Shown here one piece after another: positions 48,444 to 57,744 of a stretch of 64,000 nucleotides of DNA. The notes beneath the pieces are model-generated. The model made no database searches. It was not told where the DNA came from and saw only the letters and a list, made by a program, of their open reading frames with translations. Origin of the DNA: Planctomycetota bacterium (GTDB lineage: Bacteria > Planctomycetota > UBA1135 > GCA-002686595); assembly GCA_035490315.1 (NCBI GenBank), contig DATHET010000223.1, forward strand, positions 10,542-74,541. Direction: 5' to 3'. How positions within the stretch are numbered: position 1 is the first letter of the stretch; the number at the start of each line of letters is the position of its first letter. The position numbers and the translations under genes are program-made.

Positions 48444-49272
48444 GTTTCTCCTGGCACGTCGGGCACACGTGCGTGCCGCGCTGTCCGACCGTGAACTTGA
48501 CGATCGTCGTCTTGCAGACCTTGCAGGGCTTGCCCTCGCGGCCATAGACGCGAAAGCGATTCTGGTAATTGCCCGGCTGGCCCTCGGGCGTCAGGTAGAA
48601 GCCGTCGAAGCTCGAGCCCTCGCGCTCAATCGCCGCGCGCAGCGTCTTCTGGATCGAGCCGTGCAGACGGCGCACCGCGGCGAGATCGACGCGCGTCGAG
48701 AGCATCAATGGATGCAGTCGCGCGCGGTGCAGGGACTCGTCGACGTAGATGTTCCCCAGGCCCGCGACGATCGATTGGTCGAGCAGCAGCGGCTTGAGCG
48801 CTCGCTTGCGCGCGCCGAGCAACTGGTGCAGGTGCTGCGGCGTGAAGGCTTGATCGAGCGGCTCGTCGCCGATCTTCAGGAACACGCGCTCGAGATCCTG
48901 CGCGAAGATGAGCCTGCCGAACTTGCGCACGTCGATGAAGTGGAAGACCTTGCCGCTGTCGAGCGCGAAGGAAAGCCGCACGTGAATTCCTGGATCCCAA
49001 GTCTTTTCCTCGACTTGCATCCGCCCGCTCATCCGCAAGTGTCCGACGAGATGCCCCGCGGGCTTGCCGTGCCGCTCGAGATCGAAGACCAGGTACTTCG
49101 CGCGCCGCCAGACCGAAATCACCCTCGCGCCGACGACCTCGCGCGTGAATTCCTCCACGCTCGCCCCTCCGAGCGTGCGCTGCCATCGCACATCGACGCC
49201 GACCACGCTGCGCCCGACGAGCCGAGGCACGAGCATCCGTACGACCGTTTCGACTTCGGGGAGCTCGGGCAC
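48388..49272 (-). CDS. mutM: Formamidopyrimidine-DNA glycosylase
   Basis: The N-terminus is (V)PELPEVETV, with H2TH and the C-terminal zinc finger CKVCKTTI...GQRGTHVCPTCQ. The GTG start lies 2 nt after the upstream TAG. Confidence 0.9.
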   Translation of the reverse strand: MPELPEVETVVRMLVPRLVGRSVVGVDVRWQRTLGGASVEEFTREVVGARVISVWRRAKYLVFDLERHGKPAGHLVGHLRMSGRMQVEEKTWDPGIHVRLSFALDSGKVFHFIDVRKFGRLIFAQDLERVFLKIGDEPLDQAFTPQHLHQLLGARKRALKPLLLDQSIVAGLGNIYVDESLHRARLHPLMLSTRVDLAAVRRLHGSIQKTLRAAIEREGSSFDGFYLTPEGQPGNYQNRFRVYGREGKPCKVCKTTIVKFTVGQRGTHVCPTCQEKPRPAKRRSSARARARRGA

Positions 49273-49274
49273 GA

Positions 49275-50033
49275 CTAGACCTCGTCGCGCAAGCCTAGCA
49301 GCCGATACAGATGGCGCTTGATCGCGACGTAATCGGCTTCGCCGAAACGGCGAGGATGTGTGATCGCCACCGGAACGATCTCGATGATGTGAGCGGGGCG
49401 CACGCTCATCACGATGATGCGGTCGGCGAGCAGCAGGGCTTCGTCGATGTCGTGGGTCACGAAAAGCACGGTCGGCTTGCTGCGTCGGCACAGCGCCGAG
49501 ATCTCGGTGCGCATCTGCTGGCGGGTCAGGGAATCGAGGGCGCCGAGCGGCTCGTCCATGTACAGGGCTTCCGGCTCGACGGCGAGCGAGCGGGCCAGGG
49601 CGACGCGCTGCCGCATACCGCCCGACAATTCGGCCGGCAACGCGTTCTCGAATCCGCCGAGACCGACGGCGCCGATCCAGTGCGCGACGCGCCGACTCCG
49701 CTCCTCCGCGCCGAGCGCGCCGAGGCCGAAGCCCACGTTCTCGCTCACGCTCATCCACGGAAAGATCCCGTACTCCTGGAACACGAACACGCGCCGCGGA
49801 TCGGGACCGGAGAGCGGCGCGCCGTCGACAGTGATCGTGCCTTTGTCCGCCTTTTCGAAGCCGCCGATGATCGAGAGCAACGTGGACTTGCCGCATCCCG
49901 AGGGGCCGAGCAGACAGACGAATTCGCCGGCTTCGATCGTGAAATCGATGTCGCGCAGGACTTCGAGCGAGCGGCCGCCGCGCTGACGGAAGCTCTTGGC
50001 GACGCCGCGGACTTCGATGCGCGCGCTAGCCAT
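49275..50033 (-). CDS. ABC transporter ATP-binding protein (NitT/TauT family: nitrate/sulfonate/taurine type)
   Basis: Walker A is GPSGCGKST, the signature is LSGGMRQRVALARSL, and Walker B is LYMDEPLGALD. Confidence 0.9.
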   Translation of the reverse strand: MASARIEVRGVAKSFRQRGGRSLEVLRDIDFTIEAGEFVCLLGPSGCGKSTLLSIIGGFEKADKGTITVDGAPLSGPDPRRVFVFQEYGIFPWMSVSENVGFGLGALGAEERSRRVAHWIGAVGLGGFENALPAELSGGMRQRVALARSLAVEPEALYMDEPLGALDSLTRQQMRTEISALCRRSKPTVLFVTHDIDEALLLADRIIVMSVRPAHIIEIVPVAITHPRRFGEADYVAIKRHLYRLLGLRDEV

Positions 50034-50814
50034 TCCGCGGATATCCCCAGCTCACGCGCGGATGGCGCTCGAGACGGCGCAGCAGCGAATCGATGCCCCA
50101 GCCGAGCAGGCCGATCACGATCATCGTGCCCACGACCAGATCCGTGCGCGCTCCCTGGTAGCGCGCGTCGGTGATCAGCCAGCCCAGACCGTCCTGCACG
50201 GCGACCATCTCGGCCGCGACGATCACGATCCAGGAAATCCCGGCGGCGACGCGCAGGGCGAGCACGATCTGCGGCAGCGACGCGGGGAACACGACGCGCT
50301 GCAGGATCTGAAAGTCGCTGAGGCCGAAATTGCTCGCGGCGCGCAGGTACATCGACGGGACGGAGTGCACCGCGGCGCTGGTCGAGATCACGATCGGCAG
50401 GAAGGCCGCGACGAAGATCAGGAAGATCGAGCGCAGGTCGTCGCCGCGGAAAATCATGATCGCGATCGGAATCCAGGCGATCGGCGAGATCGGTCGCAGC
50501 ATCTGCACGAGCCAGTCGAGCGATGCGTGGGCGCGGGCGGACCAGCCGAGGTAGAGCCCGAACGGGATTCCGAGACCGACGGCGGCCAGGAAGCCGAAAC
50601 TCGTGCGGAACACGCTGGAAACGATGTGTTTCAGGATCAGCGGGCCGTGCTCGCCATGCGCGGGCCGCAGCAGGTGGCCATAGCCGCGCCAGACTTCCAG
50701 CGGCGTCGGAAAGTCCGTGGCGCCCCCGCTGCCGCCGCTCGCCCAGACACTCCAGACAGCGATGATCAGCGCCGCGACGAAGAGCGGCAGGAGGACCCGC
50801 TCGAGTCGATTCAC
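50026..50814 (-). CDS. ABC transporter permease (NitT/TauT family, BPD-type)
   Basis: Six hydrophobic segments with the EAA-like loop (AASNFGLSDFQILQRVVFPASLP). The GTG overlaps the upstream stop (GTGA). Confidence 0.85.
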   Translation of the reverse strand: MNRLERVLLPLFVAALIIAVWSVWASGGSGGATDFPTPLEVWRGYGHLLRPAHGEHGPLILKHIVSSVFRTSFGFLAAVGLGIPFGLYLGWSARAHASLDWLVQMLRPISPIAWIPIAIMIFRGDDLRSIFLIFVAAFLPIVISTSAAVHSVPSMYLRAASNFGLSDFQILQRVVFPASLPQIVLALRVAAGISWIVIVAAEMVAVQDGLGWLITDARYQGARTDLVVGTMIVIGLLGWGIDSLLRRLERHPRVSWGYPRNG

Positions 50815-51893
50815 TTCGCGGCCTTCGCCGTCTCAGGCCCCTTGCCGTCATCGGGCGGCATCGCTTTCGGGAGCTTGCTCGCGCTCAGCGAGAAGCTCGC
50901 GTCGGTGAAGCTCTCGAACTCGAGCACCTTCGGGAACATCCCGATCTCGACGGCGAGTCCCATGATCTCCTCGAAGTCGGGCTTCAGCGGCGTCAAGTGG
51001 TCGTAGCGCACGCGATCGACCGGCTTGGACAGCACGAACTGCAAGAGCTTGGGATCCTGGTTGTAGTAGTACTTGCCGACGACTTCCGCGGCGCTCGCGC
51101 GGTTCTCGAGGCCCTGCTCGAGCCACAGGCCGGAGCCATGGATGCCGTCGACGAGCTCCTGGATCAGCTCGCGGTCCTGGTCGATGCGATCCTGGCGCAC
51201 GACGAGCCCGCAGGAGATGAAACCAGGCCAGGAGTCCTTGACCTGCAGGAGGACGCGGCCGGTTCCCGCCAGCTCCGCGAGAGCGCAGAAGGGCTCGCCG
51301 ACCACGTACGCAGCGCACTTGCCAGTCTCGAGCATCGCCGGCATGTCGGGCGGTGGGCAGACGATCGTTTCGAAATCGGTGAGCTTCAATCCGTTCTGCT
51401 TGCACAGCCGCGCCATCCACAGCTGTTGATTGGAGAACTTCGAAGGGATCAGGATCTTCTTGCCCACCAGATCCTTGAATTCCTTCGCCTCGGATTTCGC
51501 CGGCACGACGATCGCGGAGCCGTCGCGGTGGCCGAGCGAGACCAGCTTGACGTTGACGTTCTTCGATACGAGCGAGATCGCCAGCGGAGCATTCAGGAAC
51601 GCGGCGCCGAGCTTGCCCTCGGTGAGGTCCTCGCACATCGTCGGGAACTCGGAGTACTTCTTGCTCTGGAACAGCGAGCCGGAGTCCGAGTGCCGCGTCG
51701 TCCAATCGACGACTGGGCAGGTCAGGTGGCAGGTCACGGGCAGGAAGCCGACGATCATCTGCTCGCGCGCGCCGCCGCCGAAGGTGCGCTTCACGTCCTC
51801 GACCCAAGGCCCCCAGCCCGTGCTGGTCGTGATGTGCAGGGCGTAGAGAGCAAGGGCGCCGCCGACGACCGCGCCGAGGAGTTTCCACTTCAT
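50811..51893 (-). CDS. ABC transporter substrate-binding protein (NMT1/NrtA-like)
   Basis: The anchor/signal is MKWKLLGAVVGGALALYAL. The GFLPVTCHLTCPV and LISLGHRDGSAIVV patterns are typical of NitT/TauT-family binding proteins. Confidence 0.75.
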   Translation of the reverse strand: MKWKLLGAVVGGALALYALHITTSTGWGPWVEDVKRTFGGGAREQMIVGFLPVTCHLTCPVVDWTTRHSDSGSLFQSKKYSEFPTMCEDLTEGKLGAAFLNAPLAISLVSKNVNVKLVSLGHRDGSAIVVPAKSEAKEFKDLVGKKILIPSKFSNQQLWMARLCKQNGLKLTDFETIVCPPPDMPAMLETGKCAAYVVGEPFCALAELAGTGRVLLQVKDSWPGFISCGLVVRQDRIDQDRELIQELVDGIHGSGLWLEQGLENRASAAEVVGKYYYNQDPKLLQFVLSKPVDRVRYDHLTPLKPDFEEIMGLAVEIGMFPKVLEFESFTDASFSLSASKLPKAMPPDDGKGPETAKAAK

Positions 51894-51959
51894 GGGGCCA
51901 TCTTGCGGGAGAAGAGCCGCTCGGTCCACCCGCCAGGGCAGCTTCAGCGGAGATGAACT

Positions 51960-52553
51960 TCACGCCGGACGGCGCTTCAGCGCGATCATCGCGGCGAGCG
52001 CGGCATCCTTCTGATCCTTTCCCCAGGGCGCTCCGACGGATTTCCCGAAAGCCCCGAGCAGCTTGGACAGCGTTTTCACCGACATTCCAAGCCCCGCCTC
52101 GGCCTGCGCAGCGAGCTCCTTCTCGGGGATGGCGACGAGCGAGACTCCGCACTCCCCAGCTGCCCGAGCCAGCGCGTCGCGGAACATCGCTCCCTCCGCC
52201 TTGTGCATGCGGAAGTGCACGGCGCGGATCTCGTCGACGCTCCACGGCGGCATCGGAGCTCCGGCGAGCAGGGCGAGGGCGCTCGGAGCGTTTCCCCGCT
52301 CGCGCTCGCGCTCGACCATGGCGCGGAGCTCGCGCACGGCGATGCGATTCGCGGCCTCGACGCCGCGGCCGATCAGTTTGCGCGCGGCCTCCGGCTTCAT
52401 CTCCTCAGCCGCGTGGTACGGCGCCTTGGCCCACTCGACGTCGACCAGCTCCACCCGCCGGCGGTCGACGATCTCGAACTCGCCGCCGCGCAGGCCGACG
52501 ACGACCGCCGCTGCCCAACCGGAATGGGCTTTGAAGCCGATTGCCACTTTCAT
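51960..52553 (-). CDS. Hypothetical protein (197 aa)
   Basis: Coding-like frame (MKVAIGFKAHSGWAAAVVVG...) upstream of the ABC operon. No motif recognised. Confidence 0.55.
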   Translation of the reverse strand: MKVAIGFKAHSGWAAAVVVGLRGGEFEIVDRRRVELVDVEWAKAPYHAAEEMKPEAARKLIGRGVEAANRIAVRELRAMVERERERGNAPSALALLAGAPMPPWSVDEIRAVHFRMHKAEGAMFRDALARAAGECGVSLVAIPEKELAAQAEAGLGMSVKTLSKLLGAFGKSVGAPWGKDQKDAALAAMIALKRRPA

Positions 52554-52612
52554 TCGTGAGGCACGTGCCGCGAACGCACGGAAAAAAGTCCTCTGGGTTC
52601 GAGCTGCCTGGT

Positions 52613-54100
52613 ATGAGATGGGGCTCGATGCGCGGATTGATCTTAACTCTGGTCCTGGCGCTGGCCTCGTGCAATTCCGTCGAGCCTGGCGCAGGCGGCG
52701 CGGCGACTGCGCCGACTCACGGCGTGCTCGTCGGCGAGGTGCACGCGGATCGCGCGCGGGTCTGGGCGCGCAGCGATCATCCGTGCTGGATGCACGTCGA
52801 GATCACCGAGGGCGACGGCACGACTCGCGTCGCGCAGGCCTCGGAGCGCGTCGGACCACAGACGGATTTCGCGGCGAGCGTCGAGCTGCGCGGGCTGCAC
52901 GCGGGAACGCACTACCGCACGAATGCATGGTTCAGCGCCGAGCGCTCGATGCCGGCCAATGGCAGTTCCGCGGCCGAAAGCGCGCTGTTCTCGACTGCTC
53001 CGGCGGCCGACGACGCGCGTCCCGTGCGCTTCGCCTGGAGCGGCGATCTCGCCGGACAGAACGCCTGCCGCGACGCGGCCCTGGGCTTCGCGATCATGCC
53101 GCAGATCCAGGAGCGCCAGCCGGAGTTCTTCATCGGTCTCGGCGACATGATCTACGCGGATTATCCCTGCGATCCGGTCGGCGCTTTCGGCAATGCGCAA
53201 GTGCCCGGCGACTTCGGGCCGTCCGCGACGCTCGAGGCTTATCGCGCTCACTGGCGCTACAACCGCGCCGACCCTGGCTTGCAGAAGCTGCTCGCGCACA
53301 CGGCTTACTTCGGCGTGTGGGACGATCACGAGGTCGTCAACGACTTCAGTCCCACCGAAGATTCGCGAGGAGAAGCGCCTTACACGGCGCGCGAGCATTT
53401 GATGCCGCTCGGGTACCGCGCTTTTTGCGAGTACAACGCATTCGAGGACTCCGGCGACGGACGTCTATATCGATCCGTTCGCTGGGGAAAGCACCTCGAG
53501 CTGTTCTTTCTCGACAACCGCCGCTACCGCGACCCGGACCGCGCGCGCGACGACAGCCCGCAGCCGAAGACGCAGCTCGGGAAGGCGCAACTCGACTGGC
53601 TCGAGGCCGGCCTGGCCGCGAGCGACGCGACCTGGCGCATCGTGATCTCCAGCGTGCCGATCTCGATTCCGACCGGAAAAGTCGATGCGCGCGACGGCTG
53701 GGCCGACGCGGATTCGGCGACGGGCTACGAGCGCGAGCTTGCGCTTTTGTTCGCCACGATGCGCGTGCGCGGCATCGGCAACACGGTGTGGCTCACGACC
53801 GACGTGCACTTCGCGACGGGCTTCGAATACACGCCCTTCGGCGACGCGCCGCAGTTCCATGTGCGCGAATTCATCTGCGGGCCGCTGAGCGCGGGCATGT
53901 TTCCGACGCAGAATCTCGATCCGACGTTTCGGCCGCGCCGTCTTTTTTTCCACGCGCCGCCGCAGACTCCGACGAGCTACGACGAGGCCATGAACTGGTT
54001 CAATTTCGGCCTGGTCTCGGTCGACGCCGCCGGTCGGCTGACGGTCGAGATCGTCAACGCTCGCGGAGCCACGGTCGCGAGCACTTCTTTCGAGCGCTGA
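52613..54100 (+). CDS. PhoD-like alkaline phosphatase / phosphodiesterase lipoprotein
   Basis: The lipobox is LVLALASCN. The PhoD N-domain is GEVHADRARVWARS. Metallophosphatase motifs are FAWSGDLAGQN, GLGDMIYAD, WDDHEV and VISSVPI...TDVH. Confidence 0.85.
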   Translation: MRWGSMRGLILTLVLALASCNSVEPGAGGAATAPTHGVLVGEVHADRARVWARSDHPCWMHVEITEGDGTTRVAQASERVGPQTDFAASVELRGLHAGTHYRTNAWFSAERSMPANGSSAAESALFSTAPAADDARPVRFAWSGDLAGQNACRDAALGFAIMPQIQERQPEFFIGLGDMIYADYPCDPVGAFGNAQVPGDFGPSATLEAYRAHWRYNRADPGLQKLLAHTAYFGVWDDHEVVNDFSPTEDSRGEAPYTAREHLMPLGYRAFCEYNAFEDSGDGRLYRSVRWGKHLELFFLDNRRYRDPDRARDDSPQPKTQLGKAQLDWLEAGLAASDATWRIVISSVPISIPTGKVDARDGWADADSATGYERELALLFATMRVRGIGNTVWLTTDVHFATGFEYTPFGDAPQFHVREFICGPLSAGMFPTQNLDPTFRPRRLFFHAPPQTPTSYDEAMNWFNFGLVSVDAAGRLTVEIVNARGATVASTSFER

Positions 54101-54137
54101 AACTCGGTTCGCCTTGCCGCCGGAGTGATCCGCGGCG

Positions 54138-57119
54138 ATGCTGGTGGGGTCCATGAAAGTCCCCACCGGTCATCCCTCGCCCGATGCAGACGAAGTCGAG
54201 GAGATGATTTTCCTCTACCTCGAGGAGCGCGAGCAGGGCGTCGTCGCGACCTACGAGGAATTCGCGCGCCGGCACACCGGCAGCAGCGCGGTCGTTCGCG
54301 AGCGCATCGAGGCCCTCGAGCGGGCGGGGCTCGTCGGCGAAAGCGCGGGCGATGTGTTCCCAGAGCGCCTAGGCAGCTTTCGCTTGATCGAGCGGCTCGG
54401 GGGAGGCGGCATGGGTGTCGTCTACCTCGCCGAGGAAGCGAACCTCGGCCGCAAGGTGGCGTTGAAATTGATCCGGCCCGAGCAGATCTATTTCCCGCAG
54501 GCGAAGGAGCGCTTCCGACGCGAAGTCGAGGCGATCGCCAAGCTCTCGCACCCGGGCATCATCCAGATCTTTTCCTTCGCGGAAGAAAACGGCGTGCCGT
54601 TCTTCGCGATGGAGCACGTCGAGGGCGCGTCGCTCGGCGACGTGCTGCGCCAGTTCACCGGCCGAGATCCGACGTCACTGTCCGGTCGCGATCTCGCCAG
54701 CGCGGTCTCGGCGCATTGCGGAGTCGCCTGTCCGCCTTCGGTCATGTTCGACGGCAACTGGCTGCGCGCCTGCCTCGAGATCGGACGTCAAGTGGCGCTG
54801 GCCCTTGCTCACGCCCATGAGCGCGGAGTGGTGCACCGCGACATCAAGCCTTCCAACGTGATGATCACGCCCGACGGCCGCGCGCGCTTGCTCGACTTCG
54901 GTCTCGCAACACGCTCGGGCGCCTCGAAGCTGACGAAGACCGGCGCGCAGCTGGGCTCCTTGCCTTACATGCCGCCCGAGCTGGTCGGCGGCCAGAACGA
55001 GGATGCAGGCGCCCAGACCGACGTCTATTCGCTCGGCGCGACGCTGCACGAAGCCCTTGCACTGAGCCTGCCTTTCCGCGGCGATTCCGTCGCCGCCATG
55101 GTGCAGCGCATCGAGTCCGGCCAGCACGAGTCGCTTCGCCAGCGCAACCCGCAGGTGTCGATCGACGCGGAAACGATCTGCAACGTCGCGATGGACACCG
55201 ATCCCAAGCGCCGTTACGCGACCGCGGCAGCGATGGCCGCCGACCTTGCCTGCGTGCTCGAGCGCCGTCCGATCGCCGCGCGCCGCACCGCCTGGCCGAT
55301 TCGCGCGCAGCGCTGGATGCAGCGCAATCCCGCGAGTGCCGCGGCCTCGGTCCTCGCCGCGCTGGTGCTCGTCGGCGGACCGCTCGGCTATGCCAGCTTG
55401 CAGATGCGCGCCGCGGAGAAGGAACGCGGCCTGAATTCCGACCTGCGGCTCGCCAACGACACCGTCCATGAAACCAACAAGAGCCTGCAGGCAGCCAAGG
55501 GCGAGCTCGAGACGAAGAACGCCGACCTCGCGAATGCCTTGTCGCGCGAGAAAGAGGAGACCGCGCGGGCCGAGCGCAGCTTGAAGACCGCGCTCGACGC
55601 GATCAACAAGACGCTGGCGGCGGTGGGATCGGACAGTCTGCGCGAAGTTCCCAGCTTCGGGCCGGTGCGCCAGGATCTGCTCGACCGCGCGCGCAAGCTG
55701 TATCTGGGTCTTCTGAAAGACGATCCCGACAACATCGACGTCCAACGCGAGCTGGCGCGGATCAGCCGCGCGATCGCCGACGTGCTCGACGACCTGGGCA
55801 AGCCTCAGTTGGCCATGCCCGAATACGAGAAGGCAGTCGAGATGTCGAGGAGAATGATCGTTGCCGATCCCGACTCGGTGAACACGCGCCACATGCTCGC
55901 TTCCAACTTGATGCAACTCGCCAAGAAGCAGCATCAGATGGGCGACCTGGCCTCGGTGCGCGTTGTCTACGAGGAGGTCGTGCCAATCGCCGAGAGGCTG
56001 CTCAACGATGCTCCAGACAATCCCCGGTTCAACCACGACATGGCCTCGTGTCTCTTGAACCTGGGCGGCATCTACCTCGCCGAGGCGGACGTCCCGCGGG
56101 CCCTGGCGCAACGCGACCGGGCCGTGGAGGTGATGCGACCGGCGCTGGCCCGCGAGCCCGAGGGCGTCGACTTCATCGTCCAGATGGCGAGATGCCTCAA
56201 CGGACTCTCGCTGTGCGAGGCCGCCCTGAAGCAGAAGGACAAGTGCCGAGGACACCTGCGCGAGGCCTGGACTCTGTGCATCGATGGCCTCGCGCTGCAC
56301 CCCACGGCGCGCGAGATGCGGCTCGTGCTGATCGAAGTCGCGGTCAACTACGGCCTGGAGCTGACCACGTCGGATCCGGCGGAAGCGGAAGCGGTCATGA
56401 CCAAGGGCCTGGAAGTCGGAAGGCTCCTGGTGGACGATTTTCCCGAGGACTTCCAGGCGCGCAACGGGCTGGCGTCGGTGGCGTCCAACCTCGGTTACCA
56501 CCTGACCAACCAGTCGCGTTGGAGGGAAGCAGAAGAGGCTCTGGAAGAATCCGTCCTCCACGGCGAAGCCCTGGTCGAGCTCGATGGGGCGCGCATCGAT
56601 TTTCGCCTGACCCTCGGCACGGCGGTCGGATCCCGCTCCATCGTGCAACTGGGACTGGGCCGGTTGGAAGAGGCTCGCGCCGACGCCGAGCGCGGGGTGG
56701 AAATCTTCAGACAGCTGCGCAGGTCCCTGGGAAGTCACCCGCTCGTCCTCGCGGGATGCGCGGCCTGCTTGATGGAACGCGCCGAGGTCGAGCGCGCCGA
56801 GGGCGATTGGCGCAAGGCAGTCGCGTCGACGGAGGAAGCCCTCGCGCTCGGCGCCGTGCGCAGCGACATCGCCTTCCAGGCCTTCGAGACCTACTGGCAC
56901 ATCGCGCGGGTCGCGGGAGCGAGCGCCGAGCTCGAGAGCGAGGAGCGCGCCAAGCTGGTCGAAGACCTGATCGACAATGCCATGGATCAATTGGAGAGCA
57001 CGATCGAGCAGGGCTTCGACGACGTGAAGCGCCTGCAGACCCTCGCCGACTACGAAGGATTGCGTGAGAACCCGCGCTTCCAGGATCTGGTTTTCGAGCT
57101 CGCCGAGTCGTCGAAGTAA
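54138..57119 (+). CDS. Ser/Thr protein kinase with a TM segment and C-terminal TPR-like repeats
   Basis: Hanks motifs are GGGGMGVVYLA, VALKLI, HRDIKPSNVMI, DFGLA and PYMPPE. A TM helix (AAASVLAALVLVGGPLGYA) follows, then ~500 aa of TPR-like helices. The start is 54138 or 54153. Confidence 0.9.
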   Translation: MLVGSMKVPTGHPSPDADEVEEMIFLYLEEREQGVVATYEEFARRHTGSSAVVRERIEALERAGLVGESAGDVFPERLGSFRLIERLGGGGMGVVYLAEEANLGRKVALKLIRPEQIYFPQAKERFRREVEAIAKLSHPGIIQIFSFAEENGVPFFAMEHVEGASLGDVLRQFTGRDPTSLSGRDLASAVSAHCGVACPPSVMFDGNWLRACLEIGRQVALALAHAHERGVVHRDIKPSNVMITPDGRARLLDFGLATRSGASKLTKTGAQLGSLPYMPPELVGGQNEDAGAQTDVYSLGATLHEALALSLPFRGDSVAAMVQRIESGQHESLRQRNPQVSIDAETICNVAMDTDPKRRYATAAAMAADLACVLERRPIAARRTAWPIRAQRWMQRNPASAAASVLAALVLVGGPLGYASLQMRAAEKERGLNSDLRLANDTVHETNKSLQAAKGELETKNADLANALSREKEETARAERSLKTALDAINKTLAAVGSDSLREVPSFGPVRQDLLDRARKLYLGLLKDDPDNIDVQRELARISRAIADVLDDLGKPQLAMPEYEKAVEMSRRMIVADPDSVNTRHMLASNLMQLAKKQHQMGDLASVRVVYEEVVPIAERLLNDAPDNPRFNHDMASCLLNLGGIYLAEADVPRALAQRDRAVEVMRPALAREPEGVDFIVQMARCLNGLSLCEAALKQKDKCRGHLREAWTLCIDGLALHPTAREMRLVLIEVAVNYGLELTTSDPAEAEAVMTKGLEVGRLLVDDFPEDFQARNGLASVASNLGYHLTNQSRWREAEEALEESVLHGEALVELDGARIDFRLTLGTAVGSRSIVQLGLGRLEEARADAERGVEIFRQLRRSLGSHPLVLAGCAACLMERAEVERAEGDWRKAVASTEEALALGAVRSDIAFQAFETYWHIARVAGASAELESEERAKLVEDLIDNAMDQLESTIEQGFDDVKRLQTLADYEGLRENPRFQDLVFELAESSK

Positions 57120-57252
57120 GCCCCACAGCGGGCTTCCCGGGGGGTTGGGCTCGAGCGACGCAACTCGAACGGAATCGGGTCTCTTGTGCGGCCTCGAAAC
57201 AGTCGTATCTTGGGAGCGTGGAAGCCGGCTCGGCCGGCACCCAAGGAAAACC

Positions 57253-57510
57253 ATGAAGCGCCTTCTTTTCGCCGCATCGACTCTCGGACTGGCCCTCGTG
57301 CTCGTGCTCGGAACCCGGGCCGCCCCGGCGACGCCGAACGCGTCCTTCGCCTACCACCACGGAGCCCTGCCCGCCGCCACGGACGATCCGGTGCCGGTCG
57401 ACTGCCCCTTCTGCGGCGGTGACGCGACCCTGCACGTGCGGCGCATGAACGCGATCGCGCTGGAGACCTCGCGCGTCGCTTACCGCGTGCTCGGAGCTTC
57501 GCTCTTCTAA
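57253..57510 (+). CDS. Small secreted protein (85 aa) with CPFCGGD motif
   Basis: RBS AAGGAAAA. The signal peptide is MKRLLFAASTLGLALVLVLG. It is followed by a strong hairpin terminator. Confidence 0.5.
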   Translation: MKRLLFAASTLGLALVLVLGTRAAPATPNASFAYHHGALPAATDDPVPVDCPFCGGDATLHVRRMNAIALETSRVAYRVLGASLF

Positions 57511-57528
57511 AGCGCGCCAACGTGAATC

Positions 57529-57568
57529 AGCGGGGATCCGCGGCGACGCCGCGGATCCCCGCTTTCGT
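57529..57568 (+). terminator. Rho-independent terminator
   Basis: A 15-bp perfect stem, agcggggatccgcgg / ccgcggatccccgct (57529-57543 / 57549-57563), with a 5-nt loop, followed by TTCGTT. Confidence 0.6.
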
Positions 57569-57579
57569 TGAATCTGTCG

Positions 57580-57687
57580 GTACGGAGTCAGGTGAATTCG
57601 TCCGGAGTCGTGATGGCATCCCGCGCGCCGCGTGCGCGGCGCGCGGGATGCCATCACGACTCCGGACGAATTCACCTGACTCCGTAC
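57580..57687. repeat. REPIN-like palindromic element, copy A (53-bp perfect arms, 2-nt centre 'tg')
   Basis: Verified base by base: 57580-57632 is the exact reverse complement of 57635-57687. The outer 33 nt are shared with copy B. Confidence 0.95.
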
Positions 57688-57744
57688 TTGCCGATTAGGA
57701 TGAATCGATCGCCCATCAGCCAGGGCTGTCGCAGGCTCAATCCG

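Noticed and set aside
54675-57254. 859-aa ORF on the minus strand
   Set aside because: It is antisense to the Ser/Thr kinase-TPR gene, which has the full set of Hanks motifs. The antisense translation is low-complexity and Arg/Ala/Gly-rich.
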